Assembly: GCA_965200965.1 (NCBI GenBank)
Contig: OZ241744.1
Coordinates: forward strand, 288,001 to 352,000
Direction: 5' to 3'
DNA from: an uncultured Candidatus Binatia bacterium
Lineage (GTDB): Bacteria > Desulfobacterota > Binatia > Bin18
Length of the DNA: 64,000 bases
Shown: positions 38,105 to 47,900 of the stretch, piece by piece
Position numbering within the stretch: the first letter of the stretch is position 1
Layout of the letters: every line of letters begins with the position of its first letter
Position numbers and translations under genes: made by a program
Notes under the pieces: model-generated
What the model was told of the DNA's origin: nothing
Database searches by the model: none
Seen by the model: only the letters and a program-made list of their open reading frames with translations

Positions 38105-41100
38105 TCAGGGCAAGAGGCCAACCGGAGAGGGCCTGCTTTTCCCCTCGCAGAAATACAGTGCCTTGAAGCTGTCCATTTGCTTGATCTTGTCTATCAAGCT
38201 CTTTTCCAGTTGCGAACTGGCAACATTCCTGACCAGCGCTTTGGCGTCTGTCCCGGTCAGCCGCAGGACGAGGTAGTTCGCAATGGCAGAGAACAGAGAT
38301 GTATTGAAGTCTTTCGCCTCCTGCGAAGCGAGTACGAGCGAGACGCCGTACTTGCGGCATTCCTTTGCCATAGTGGGGATAAGATTCAATCGTGAAGCCC
38401 GATGCGCTTCGTCAAATATCACGGCATGTGTGATCCGCTCCTGAATGCCTCTGCGGAACATGTCCTTGTAAAGACTATAGAAGACGAGGGACGCAAAAGC
38501 CCTCTGTAGGTTGTCATTCTGTGTGGGGTGAATACGAATAACGACCGGCCGTTCGCTCTCCCACAGGCTCTCGTGGGATTCCTGGATATCGAAGAACCCG
38601 TAGTCTTCAAGTTCCTCCAGACGCGCAAGCAAGGTGTGCAACCCCTTGTCCGGCTTTGGGTGGCTCCGTAAAATCTCCATGAAGCGCTTGAACTCTGGTT
38701 CGCGCCTGTCTGCCGGAACTGTGTCCGGGTCATCCCATCCGGCTTCATCGAAGCTGTCTTTGATAGCCTTTCGGATGCGTTCTCCCTGGATGTCTCCCAA
38801 CTCGGGGAAAATCGCCATGAAGATGTCTCGTAATGCCCCGGCTACATCGAGGTAGGCCATCCGGGATTCCCGCCCCAGAACCTGTAATGGGTTGAACCCC
38901 AAGCCGTGGAAGTCAATGAAGCGCACCGATCCAACCAGGCGTTCAAGCCTCTCGTCGATATCCTGGTGATAGGAGAAGACAATCGGTCGAATACCGGCCG
39001 CAACCATCTGCTTGCACAGGTTCAGAAGACAGGTGGTCTTCCCCATTCCCGGCAGGCCGGCAACCAGGAGATGCGGATTCCCCTGCACGGTGAGCGGCCA
39101 TCGGACCTCGGCGTTTGTGAAGATGTCCGTGCCTAAACAGACCGAAGGCGTCTCATCAGACCTTTCCAGTTTTCCAGCAGACGTATCACCGGGAGCGCTT
39201 GCGACCCGTACTGTGACATCCAGGCCGCCGCCCGGCCCTTGATCCTCATGTTCCGGGGGTACTGAAGGTCCTCCCATTCCCTGTTCGCTGTCGTCAGAGG
39301 GACGGGCGACTGAATTGCGACGGAAATCCGCATCGGACAGAAGCCCGGAACCAACCAGAAATATCCGCATATCCCATCCCGTCGGCGAAATCTCCAGCGG
39401 ATGGTGGCCGGTGTATTCAGGGCAGAAGACCCACCCACAGTCACTCCCTCCCACCTCCGCAAAGGCGTAGTCCCCTCCCTTTTCAATCATTCGATCGATC
39501 TCGGAGACAATGGCTTCATGCCGATCGTTCGACAGGGCATGCCGGTGCGCTTTGTCAGCGTAGAAGCGTAACACACGGGCCAGCTTGGCGCGTCGGATTG
39601 CCCTGAAAGACGCACAATCTCCCTCGTGACCGTACCAGTCGTCCCAACGCTTCCGAAGAGATTCCACTTGCTTGCGAATGCTGTAGAGCAATTCCGGCGT
39701 TCGCGCAGCCCGGAGATGCCGACGATATTTCACCTCTATGAACTGGAAACGCAGCCCTTTTCGGGGAGCCATTGACACATAGATGAGGTCGGGGCGTGAC
39801 TCCTTTTCCTCCTCATTGCCTGCTTGTCTGTTCAGGGGAGGGAGCAGATCCCGAACATCGTCAACGGGAATGATGAAGCCATGCTGGAGCGATACCCAGC
39901 AATCGTCATGCCCCGAAGTCTGACTGCAATTGGCGTGGCAGACCGCGAGCGCGATGAGTTCCGAAGTTGGCGGTTTCTGGCCGGTGAGACGAATAGCCAA
40001 GCGTCCACTGAGCGCCTTGAGGTGTTCCATGAGGAAGGCTGCGTTTCGCCGACTGCGGCTCAGCCCCATCTGGTCAAGGGCCTCATCAAGCAGGCTGCGA
40101 ATCTCTCGCAGGTTGCTGGTTGAGGTGATCAACTGGAGGCAGCCCAGGTCTTCGCGTTCTGGAACACAATCAATAACATAGGCGTCATAGATGTCCTTAT
40201 TGTCCCGGGGCGAATCAAAGTATTCGATGCCGGCATTCCGGTCCAGGGTGATGACCCAGTCGCACCGCCGGTGGAGATCTCGAAGGCTGTCCGCTTTGTC
40301 GGGCGAGATTTCCGTTGTCAATACTGGTGATTGCGCTGGGCTGCCGATGTTTCGAGTAACCGCCTTCTGTAAAGCCTGCTGCAAGCGCATCAAGCGGTCA
40401 GTGTGCGCCCGGTCTGACGGATGTTTCTCTCCATCTTTTGAGGCTGGAATGGCGCTATGCCAGAGGGGGGACGGTGTGCTTGCGTAAGCCCTTTCGAAGA
40501 AAGAGAGCAGGCCGAACGCATACAATGATCTGGGCCTTGGCAGCGGACCTTGGGGCATGACGCGAGACTCAAACGTGTCGAACGCAACGGCGAGATGAGC
40601 CGCCGTCTCGGGGGCCGGTTCGCTCTTGCGCGCCCAGCGCAGTTTGGGCAGGTTGACCCCACCCGGGAAGCTCAACGATTCCAGCATCCAGGAGTCATCT
40701 TGAGACAACACGCCCGCGCCTCTGCGACGTTTCTCCCGTGCCTCCGCTATGAAGCGCCCTGCAATCCCACGCTGCTCCTGTGAGGGGTATAACTCCAAGA
40801 CAAAAGCGGGCGTTGTCTCCTGCGTGTCCTCATCCGAATCTTCATCGTCCGGGGCGCTACGGTAACGCTCGTGAACACGGCCGAGCGAGCGGGCCACCGT
40901 AGCGCCATCGCCGGCCCTGAACGCGTTAATCTGAAGCGGTCCCAACGCATTGTGGCATTCCAGATACTTGACGATCTCGTTCCCCAAGACCGTAGCGCTC
41001 TGCCTGCCTGCCGTTGGCGCTGTGTCCGCGGTTTCGCTCTCGCCCAGAGCACGGGCGAGAATCGCTATCGCGGCCTTCGGCTCCTTGTCGTCATCGGGAA

Positions 41101-43099
41101 CCATACCTACCGCATGAAAACCGAGTGTATCGGCGAAAACAAAAGACTGCCCATTGTGCAGGCCGGGCAGAAAGGCCGGGAATAGAGCGCCGTCGAGGCC
41201 GGCGAATTCGTCTCGAATGTCTCTGGGGGGCCTCTTCTGGGCAAAGGCTGCGTGTAAGACCAGGTTGTCGTAGGCCACCTGCCAAGCGATACGCAAGGGA
41301 TGGCTTGGCAGGACAATCAGCCCGATTGTCCGACCGGAAAGCGACTGTACTTCGACCGTATGAGCGAGCGCCAAAGATGGCGTGCTCTCCTCCAGGAGAG
41401 CGGCCCAGGCCAGCAGATAGTCCTTAACTGTGTCAAAAGCTCTGGCCTTCTCGTCGTAGACCTGACCGACGCCGCCACCCGAGGCGAACCGTTCGGCCAT
41501 TTTCCGGCTGGCAGTCGCGGCGCGGTCCCATAAATCTCCCGAGGCGGATTCAGGGCGGGCAAAGGGGACAAATTCGCATTCACCAGCCCGCGTACCGGAA
41601 GCGCGGACTTTGACGCGCCAGCGTCCGAGCTCTCCCTTTCGCTCGCTCCACTGTTTCTCTACCTCACCGATCAGGGGGGGCCGAAAAACCCGGAAGCTCT
41701 TGCCACGCTGTGGTGTTCGCAGCAGGACGAAACCTTTTGAATCCACCGGGAGGTCGCTCGTGGAAGAGGCGAGAGCCGAGACCATCTCTCGATCATCAAG
41801 TTCAATAAGCCCCTCGCTGAATGTCCGAACCTTTTTTCCGACTCCGACTAGATCGTGTTCGGGTGGCGAGCCGAAGCGAATGGTGAACTCCTCACTCTCT
41901 TCTGGTTCAATCGAGTCGTTGCCAAGTACAGACACGACGACCTTGGCGGGAATACGCGCGTCCTCACTCAGCCTCGAGAAGTCATCATTGCTGAACCTGC
42001 ACTTTTCCTCTTTCCCGGCAGAGTGGGCAATGTCCCGGGCGGCCAGTTCCTCATCCATGCCTGTAGTGATGACAACGTGATAGTCTACAGCGTCTTTCTT
42101 CAGGTTCGCTGGCCGCGCCTTCCACCTGATTTCAAGCTTGGAGTAGTCGCCTGTCCGCTCGGCATCGGGTTTCATGATAAAAGCCGGAGGGTCTTGGGGG
42201 TCGCCTTCTTCCACTAGCCCCGACCACTTGGCGATTTTTCCGATTCTGTTTCGCCAGGGCGATAACGCAATGCTCTGAATGGCCTGCGTACTTTCCTCAG
42301 TTTTCAATGCGCCGACCCACAGATGTTTCTTGTCCCTGAGTTCCGCCAGAGCATCGAGAAGTGGCTTTGTCGCCGCTGAGTGCAGGAATCGTTCCAGGTC
42401 ATTGACTTGCCGCTCGGTGGGGTGCGCCAGCCTCAAGGATGCAATTCGCCTGACCGGGGTGAGGCCGCCTGCCTCTGTTCCCAACAGGCGATCCACAAAC
42501 AGGCGTGAGTCATCCAGCTCGTCCTTCGCCTCTCTCCCTTCGGATTCCTCGACAGGCCATAGACCGAGGAGGTGCAGATACGCACCGGGATGGCTCTTGT
42601 CTGTAGCGATGCGACAGAGAAAATCAAACTCTGTCCACAGCGAGACGCTGAAGCGGTGGCCGTATCCCCGCGCTTTTTTGACCGCGTGTTCGGCATAGGG
42701 CTGGTATTTGCTGAACAAGTCGTTTCGGACCGTGCCTTTAGCCACCCGCAATGCCCCAGCAAACAGACTTTTCTCGTTCACCTCACGCCCGGCGCTGTAG
42801 ATGCCGTCCATACCCGCCCCGGCCCGCTCCGTATCCACCAGGAGCAGTGTTGCGTCGTCCTTTGTTTCGCGTATCTCGACGGCACGGTCCGCGCTGATGG
42901 TTCTCTCCTCTTCATTGTCCGAGTCTGCAACACAGAAAACCTGCCAGCCTTGTGGCGCGAAGGAAGGGTCTTTGGCCAAGGTCCGCACCACCTCGGGTGT
43001 CAGGCAGCGCACGAACGCCATAGCTCCGTTTTCAGGCTTTCCAAGTACCTTCTCGAAAGACTGCCCAAGGATGCGTGGGTGCAGCTCGGTCCATTCCAT
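38105..43099 (-). CDS. Large ATP-binding defence protein, DndH/Mad8-like (PD-(D/E)xK motif plus C-terminal HerA/FtsK-like ATPase)
   Basis: Walker A GLPGMGKT, Walker B IFDEAH, KECRKYGVSLVLASQ; RPDLIYV...FIEVKYR nuclease-like motif. ATG at 43099 follows AGAGGA; alternative TTG at 43123. Confidence 0.78.
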   Translation of the reverse strand: MEWTELHPRILGQSFEKVLGKPENGAMAFVRCLTPEVVRTLAKDPSFAPQGWQVFCVADSDNEEERTISADRAVEIRETKDDATLLLVDTERAGAGMDGIYSAGREVNEKSLFAGALRVAKGTVRNDLFSKYQPYAEHAVKKARGYGHRFSVSLWTEFDFLCRIATDKSHPGAYLHLLGLWPVEESEGREAKDELDDSRLFVDRLLGTEAGGLTPVRRIASLRLAHPTERQVNDLERFLHSAATKPLLDALAELRDKKHLWVGALKTEESTQAIQSIALSPWRNRIGKIAKWSGLVEEGDPQDPPAFIMKPDAERTGDYSKLEIRWKARPANLKKDAVDYHVVITTGMDEELAARDIAHSAGKEEKCRFSNDDFSRLSEDARIPAKVVVSVLGNDSIEPEESEEFTIRFGSPPEHDLVGVGKKVRTFSEGLIELDDREMVSALASSTSDLPVDSKGFVLLRTPQRGKSFRVFRPPLIGEVEKQWSERKGELGRWRVKVRASGTRAGECEFVPFARPESASGDLWDRAATASRKMAERFASGGGVGQVYDEKARAFDTVKDYLLAWAALLEESTPSLALAHTVEVQSLSGRTIGLIVLPSHPLRIAWQVAYDNLVLHAAFAQKRPPRDIRDEFAGLDGALFPAFLPGLHNGQSFVFADTLGFHAVGMVPDDDKEPKAAIAILARALGESETADTAPTAGRQSATVLGNEIVKYLECHNALGPLQINAFRAGDGATVARSLGRVHERYRSAPDDEDSDEDTQETTPAFVLELYPSQEQRGIAGRFIAEAREKRRRGAGVLSQDDSWMLESLSFPGGVNLPKLRWARKSEPAPETAAHLAVAFDTFESRVMPQGPLPRPRSLYAFGLLSFFERAYASTPSPLWHSAIPASKDGEKHPSDRAHTDRLMRLQQALQKAVTRNIGSPAQSPVLTTEISPDKADSLRDLHRRCDWVITLDRNAGIEYFDSPRDNKDIYDAYVIDCVPEREDLGCLQLITSTSNLREIRSLLDEALDQMGLSRSRRNAAFLMEHLKALSGRLAIRLTGQKPPTSELIALAVCHANCSQTSGHDDCWVSLQHGFIIPVDDVRDLLPPLNRQAGNEEEKESRPDLIYVSMAPRKGLRFQFIEVKYRRHLRAARTPELLYSIRKQVESLRKRWDDWYGHEGDCASFRAIRRAKLARVLRFYADKAHRHALSNDRHEAIVSEIDRMIEKGGDYAFAEVGGSDCGWVFCPEYTGHHPLEISPTGWDMRIFLVGSGLLSDADFRRNSVARPSDDSEQGMGGPSVPPEHEDQGPGGGLDVTVRVASAPGDTSAGKLERSDETPSVCLGTDIFTNAEVRWPLTVQGNPHLLVAGLPGMGKTTCLLNLCKQMVAAGIRPIVFSYHQDIDERLERLVGSVRFIDFHGLGFNPLQVLGRESRMAYLDVAGALRDIFMAIFPELGDIQGERIRKAIKDSFDEAGWDDPDTVPADRREPEFKRFMEILRSHPKPDKGLHTLLARLEELEDYGFFDIQESHESLWESERPVVIRIHPTQNDNLQRAFASLVFYSLYKDMFRRGIQERITHAVIFDEAHRASRLNLIPTMAKECRKYGVSLVLASQEAKDFNTSLFSAIANYLVLRLTGTDAKALVRNVASSQLEKSLIDKIKQMDSFKALYFCEGKSRPSPVGLLP

Positions 43100-43100
43100 A

Positions 43101-44915
43101 TCAGTCCTCTGCTGTCGGTTCAAAGCGTGGCTCTAAACGCTTCATTGCTTCGGCATCGTTGACGCCCACAAAAAGGCCCAGGTCGCGCAAGCGTCGCTCC
43201 AGAATCCCGCGGTTTGCTTGCAAAAGGTCATTGGAAATCGTCATCCCGGGGGGAGCCACGTCTACGCAGAATCCATAGCGTTCACGGAGCGTAGAGAGGA
43301 ATTCTTTGAATGAGAAAGGCCGGACGCCAGATTTATTACCGCTTCGCAGGGTGTGGCGGTGGACAAGGTAATCCAGAACCGAATCGGTGAAGACCAGCGA
43401 ACGGATTTCGCGTCGTCTTCTTGTTCCCGTTCCGGTGACGTTGCGCGTTGTTGTTCTCTTTGCTGCAAGTCCGTTCGGTCGTCCTGAGAGAAGGCTTGAA
43501 TCGATCATTAAGCTAAGCTTTCCCTGGACATCTTTCCTATCTCGTAAAGAGATGAGCGTTTCAGCGAGACGCCAAACCGGATTGTCCTGGCTTTCACTCC
43601 GCAACATCTCCGCCGCCTCGGGATAATCCTGCTCCAGTTGTTCTGCCACTTCCTCAGTCTTTTGGTCGATGCCGTCGAGAATCAATTGTGCCTCAGCGCG
43701 TCGCTCGTGAAGCAGTTCACCCAGCATATTAAGCCACTCGGTGGCATATGGCCGAGTTGGGATTTTGATCTTCTTCATCTTTCGAGAGGTGCGTACATAA
43801 TGGTCCAGCAGTCGAAGCGCCATCAGGATGACAGGAAACCGTTCAAGACGCCGCATGAGATCATCCGACGATTGTTCGGCAAGCCCTCTCAAGCGACGAT
43901 TCACCCCATTGGAGCAATCTACGAACAGACGCGCAGGCTTCTGTTCGCCGCTCTTGCAGACTTCTCCCTTCTCTTCCCACTCAAACAGAATCTCGACCGT
44001 ACTTGTGAGAATGGTTGTCATCCCAACCGCAATACAGGATTCCAGCAGTTCCACAAAAGCCTGGCGAGGAATGACGCTCGCATATGAGCGGACGAACCGG
44101 CGGATGTCCTCGGAGAACACCTTTGCCGCCTTTTCTGCAATAGGATGTTGATTCGAGATTTTATCTCCCTCGCTCCCTCGCAGCTTGTCGGGTGCGTCTC
44201 CTAGTTGCTGGGCCAACCGAATCATCAAGATCTGATCCACCCCGACAGAGGTCTCTTCCTTGAATTGGTCTGATTTAAGATTGCTCGCTATGTCGCCCTC
44301 TTGCACCATTCCTTGACGAAACGCGCGTAAAAGAACATTCTCTTCATAGCCTGTACCAACGGGGAACCAAGTTTGGGCTCCATCGTGATTCTGCTGGACG
44401 TGTTCACTTTTCTGGTCAGCCAGCATTGCCACGATCATCTCCGGGACAGAGCGAAGGTTGGCCACACTGTCGGGAAGATCCACCCAACTCGCCATGTAAT
44501 GGGCTGGCGCAACACGCTGGACCTGTTTTTTCCTGCCAAGCGCGTAGTTTTCATTGTCCAGGCAGAAACAGAGGAGAAGGTCACCAAGGATGGCTTTTTC
44601 GGTCTCGCCCTCAAATCCCTCAAACTTGTCGCTGTTCTGCGTAAGCGTGTCCGCTATGCGCTCAATAGTGGCCGCCTGTTTGCACTGTCTGGGGGCTCCT
44701 TCCTGCGGGCCAAAGGTTTCAATAAATTTCCCTTTGCCCCGACGATGACCAAAGCGAAACATGTAAAACACGGCTGGAAGAACTGCGGACAGATCAAAAT
44801 CCTGGACCCCAACCGGCAGGGCTTTGTCATAGTTGCCCGTCCAGAGCTCGCGGGTCATTTTGGAACCGAGAATATCTCTGACAAGAGGGTGGGCGTGGGC
44901 TGTCGTGGCCGGCAT
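43101..44915 (-). CDS. Hypothetical defence protein, DndG/Mad7-like by position and C-terminus
   Basis: 604 aa between the kinase and ATPase genes with 1-2 nt gaps. C-terminal FL..LRERYG...RLRDLGLFVGVNDA resembles the DndG/Mad7 C-terminal pattern. Confidence 0.6.
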   Translation of the reverse strand: MPATTAHAHPLVRDILGSKMTRELWTGNYDKALPVGVQDFDLSAVLPAVFYMFRFGHRRGKGKFIETFGPQEGAPRQCKQAATIERIADTLTQNSDKFEGFEGETEKAILGDLLLCFCLDNENYALGRKKQVQRVAPAHYMASWVDLPDSVANLRSVPEMIVAMLADQKSEHVQQNHDGAQTWFPVGTGYEENVLLRAFRQGMVQEGDIASNLKSDQFKEETSVGVDQILMIRLAQQLGDAPDKLRGSEGDKISNQHPIAEKAAKVFSEDIRRFVRSYASVIPRQAFVELLESCIAVGMTTILTSTVEILFEWEEKGEVCKSGEQKPARLFVDCSNGVNRRLRGLAEQSSDDLMRRLERFPVILMALRLLDHYVRTSRKMKKIKIPTRPYATEWLNMLGELLHERRAEAQLILDGIDQKTEEVAEQLEQDYPEAAEMLRSESQDNPVWRLAETLISLRDRKDVQGKLSLMIDSSLLSGRPNGLAAKRTTTRNVTGTGTRRRREIRSLVFTDSVLDYLVHRHTLRSGNKSGVRPFSFKEFLSTLRERYGFCVDVAPPGMTISNDLLQANRGILERRLRDLGLFVGVNDAEAMKRLEPRFEPTAED

Positions 44916-44917
44916 TT

Positions 44918-47900
44918 CTAGTCTCCCTGTGGAAGCTGACGGATGATTATCGGTTGCTGTGCACCTGATTCGGTGCGTTTTATGTTGGCTGCTACTTCGT
45001 AGATCGCCTCATCCTGCATGGGATTCCAGGCAAAGATGTGACTCTCATCCTCACGGACGAGACGCTGTACGAAAATGGAGAGCTGAGTAAAAATGTCGTC
45101 CGTTGAGACATCGCCTAATTGATATCCGTCGCTCAACTCCAAGAGAAGATGGAAGAGTTCGGCACCCAAGCGCAGCCGTTCTTCTCTTCTGTCTCCATAG
45201 CGGTAGAGCAGAATGGCCTGCCGGTGCAGCCGGTCGAGTCCCGCTGTTTCAGGGGGCAAGTCGGCTTCGAGCCGAAAGGCACGCAAAGGTTTCTCTACCC
45301 AGAACGCCGTTTCTGTGGGTGTTCGGGGCGTAATGCGTAGCTGCACCCCTGGCCGATCGAGCGCTTGGGGCGGAAGGTCTTCGAGCCGTGAAATGCCGTC
45401 ACACAGACGCTTACAGAGCTCGGCTAGTTCTTGCGGGTTCTTTTCAAGCGGCAGATCTCGAAACAGTCGCAGATGTCTGCCCTGTGCCAGACCGAGGGCA
45501 TGGGGCTCACCGGCACTCTTTTCAATATGTTCCTCTGTCCATTCAAACCAGGCCCGACGCCTGGCTGATTCCCGAGACAGGTCTTCGTAGTGAGGCGCTA
45601 TAGTGCGGCTGTCTGGAGAAGACGCGCGAAGCAGATGCCGATCAATCTGCGGATGGGATTCAAGAGCAGGATCAAAACGGGCCAGTTCGCGCAACACCTC
45701 ACCTTGGCGTCCAGACGAATCCGGGAAGAAGGCCCGGTCCCAATAGGACATGGGGGCCTCAGAGCCGCCATGATAGTCGTCGCAGAAGTGAATCCCGAAG
45801 AGGATGTAGACCAGAGCGGCGCGCAGCTCGCGGGCCGTAATGTGCGTCTCCCCGCGCAGATGAACCGCCTGCAAGGCTTCAAACAGCCGTTGGCGGGCGC
45901 GAGAGCGAATTGCTTTGTCTGCCATGCCGGGAAGTCCGTCCGGGCCGAAAATCCGAGTCGCCCGGAAGACTTCGCAGCGTTCCTGGGCCGAACACGTTTG
46001 ACACGGCTCCCAGATTTCAGACGCTTTTTCACCCCCATACAAGCGATCCAGCAAGCGCTCAAGAAAGCTGGTCTCGATTCCCCCTGTGGTCCGGGTAATG
46101 CCACCGACAAGCGAGCGTTGGTTCAGGCTGATGAACCGGATGTGGGATTCCCGGACGCCGGTTTTGCCTCCCAGAAGATCGTATAGTTCCTTCGTTAAGG
46201 GTGTTTCAGTCCGGCACGCTTCAATCCACTCCAACAGACGTCCATCGTTAATCGCCAGAAGATGTGCGATGTCCTCGCTGGGCCGGCTTTCCTGGAACGG
46301 TTCCAGGAAGGCATCCAGCAGTTCATCGGCGGAGCGTCCCCGCCAGGCCGCCGAACCATCGAGATTCATGCGTATAAACAGACCGTCGTCCAGGTGCCCT
46401 TCGAGAATGCGCTTCTGAGAAGTATGCTCGCCAAGCCCGAGGCGGGTCGCAAGACGCTGAAGCAGTGCTGTTTTGCCATCGCCGGCGTTTCCGCACAGGA
46501 TGACAAGCCGGACCTGTCGCTTGCGAATAGCGTCATCCAGGGCCTTTTGCAAGGCCGTTTCAACGTAAGTCTGAGCGGCGAATTCGGTATCAAGACCGCG
46601 CGTTTCACGATTTCCCCACCGCGAACCTGGATAGGATTGCAGCAGAGACCGCAGCCACTCTACCCTGTTTTCACGCCGTTCCACGCGAGGGCCGGCTGCC
46701 CCTTCGGCACTTGGGGACATTCTCTGTTGCGGCTCTTCGCCCTCCGTTTCGGTCTGCGCCTCCTTGAGAGCAGTCAGCGCCTCGGCGGCCGACCCGAATC
46801 GCTGGTCCGGGTCAGGATGCGTCGCCCTGTTCAGGAAATTGACCAAGATGGGGTACTCCGTATGGTCCACCCCTTCCCAATTCAAGCCGCGTTTCTTGGC
46901 GTGAGCGCCGTTGTAGTGGAACGGCTGTTTGTCGAAGACCACATGGAAGAAGCTGGCCGCCAGAGCGTAGATATCGTCCGCGGGCGAAGCCGGCCGTTTG
47001 TCCTGATAGGAGGGCGAGCAGTACAGGACGGTGCCGGGAGCGGTGACAGCCTCTCCTATCTTAGCGACAAAATCGTAATCCGTCAGCACAAGATCGCCGC
47101 CCGAAACGATCATGTTGCGCGGGCTGATGTCGCCATGCACGAGGCCATTGCTGTGGAGTGTATCCACTGCCTCGCACATGGTACACAGCCAGCGGACAGC
47201 CAAGGCTTCTCCGCTCTCCTGGTGGTCTTCGGCCAGCAGTGTGAAGACGCCGGCAAAGGAGTCATGGAGCGGTGTGCCTTCGACCCAGTTCATCAGCGCG
47301 ATGAAATTGTTCTCTTGCCATTCACGAGCAATTTCGAAGATCGTAGAAAGCGCTTCATGTTGGCCAAGATGCGAACGCGCCAGCCTGTAGGCTTTCAGCA
47401 CCCGCTCGCCTGTTTCTGCATTGTGCCCGACCTTAGCGACGTAAGTTCCAAGGTCTTCTTTTGTAGACCGGTCGATTTGCACCACCTTGAACGCTGTCCC
47501 TATACCGCCGGAACCGAGGCGTGTGACAATCCGATAGTCATTGTCCCGGAAGCGTACGCTCTGCTCTTCGGTCCAGAACTGGGCGGGCGGTGGAGTGGAT
47601 GGGGGGGCAGATTCGCCAAGCAGTTCGGAGAGCGACGATTCCAGGTCTTGCAGGGTGACGCGCGCCTCGGGCTCTTCTGCCAAGCCTTTAGTGAGCGTTT
47701 CCACGGTCTGTTGGCTCGTCTCATCGTCCCGTCCCTGAAACAACGCGATCAGGCAAGCGCAGAGCGAATACACGTCTGAACGATGATCCGCTACGCCCAG
47801 ACCCTGGGCGCGAACTTCGGGAGCGACCGTGGTCTCCCCTTCTCCAGTCGGAGCGTCGGCGGAAGCCACACTACTGTCCGCCAGAATCTTCGTACGCTCA

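Noticed and set aside
37522-38121. 199-aa minus-strand ORF as a real gene
   Set aside because: Only its last third resembles a hydrolase C-terminus. The rest is antisense to other fragments.
46262-47779. 505-aa plus-strand ORF within the kinase gene
   Set aside because: Antisense shadow with no motifs.
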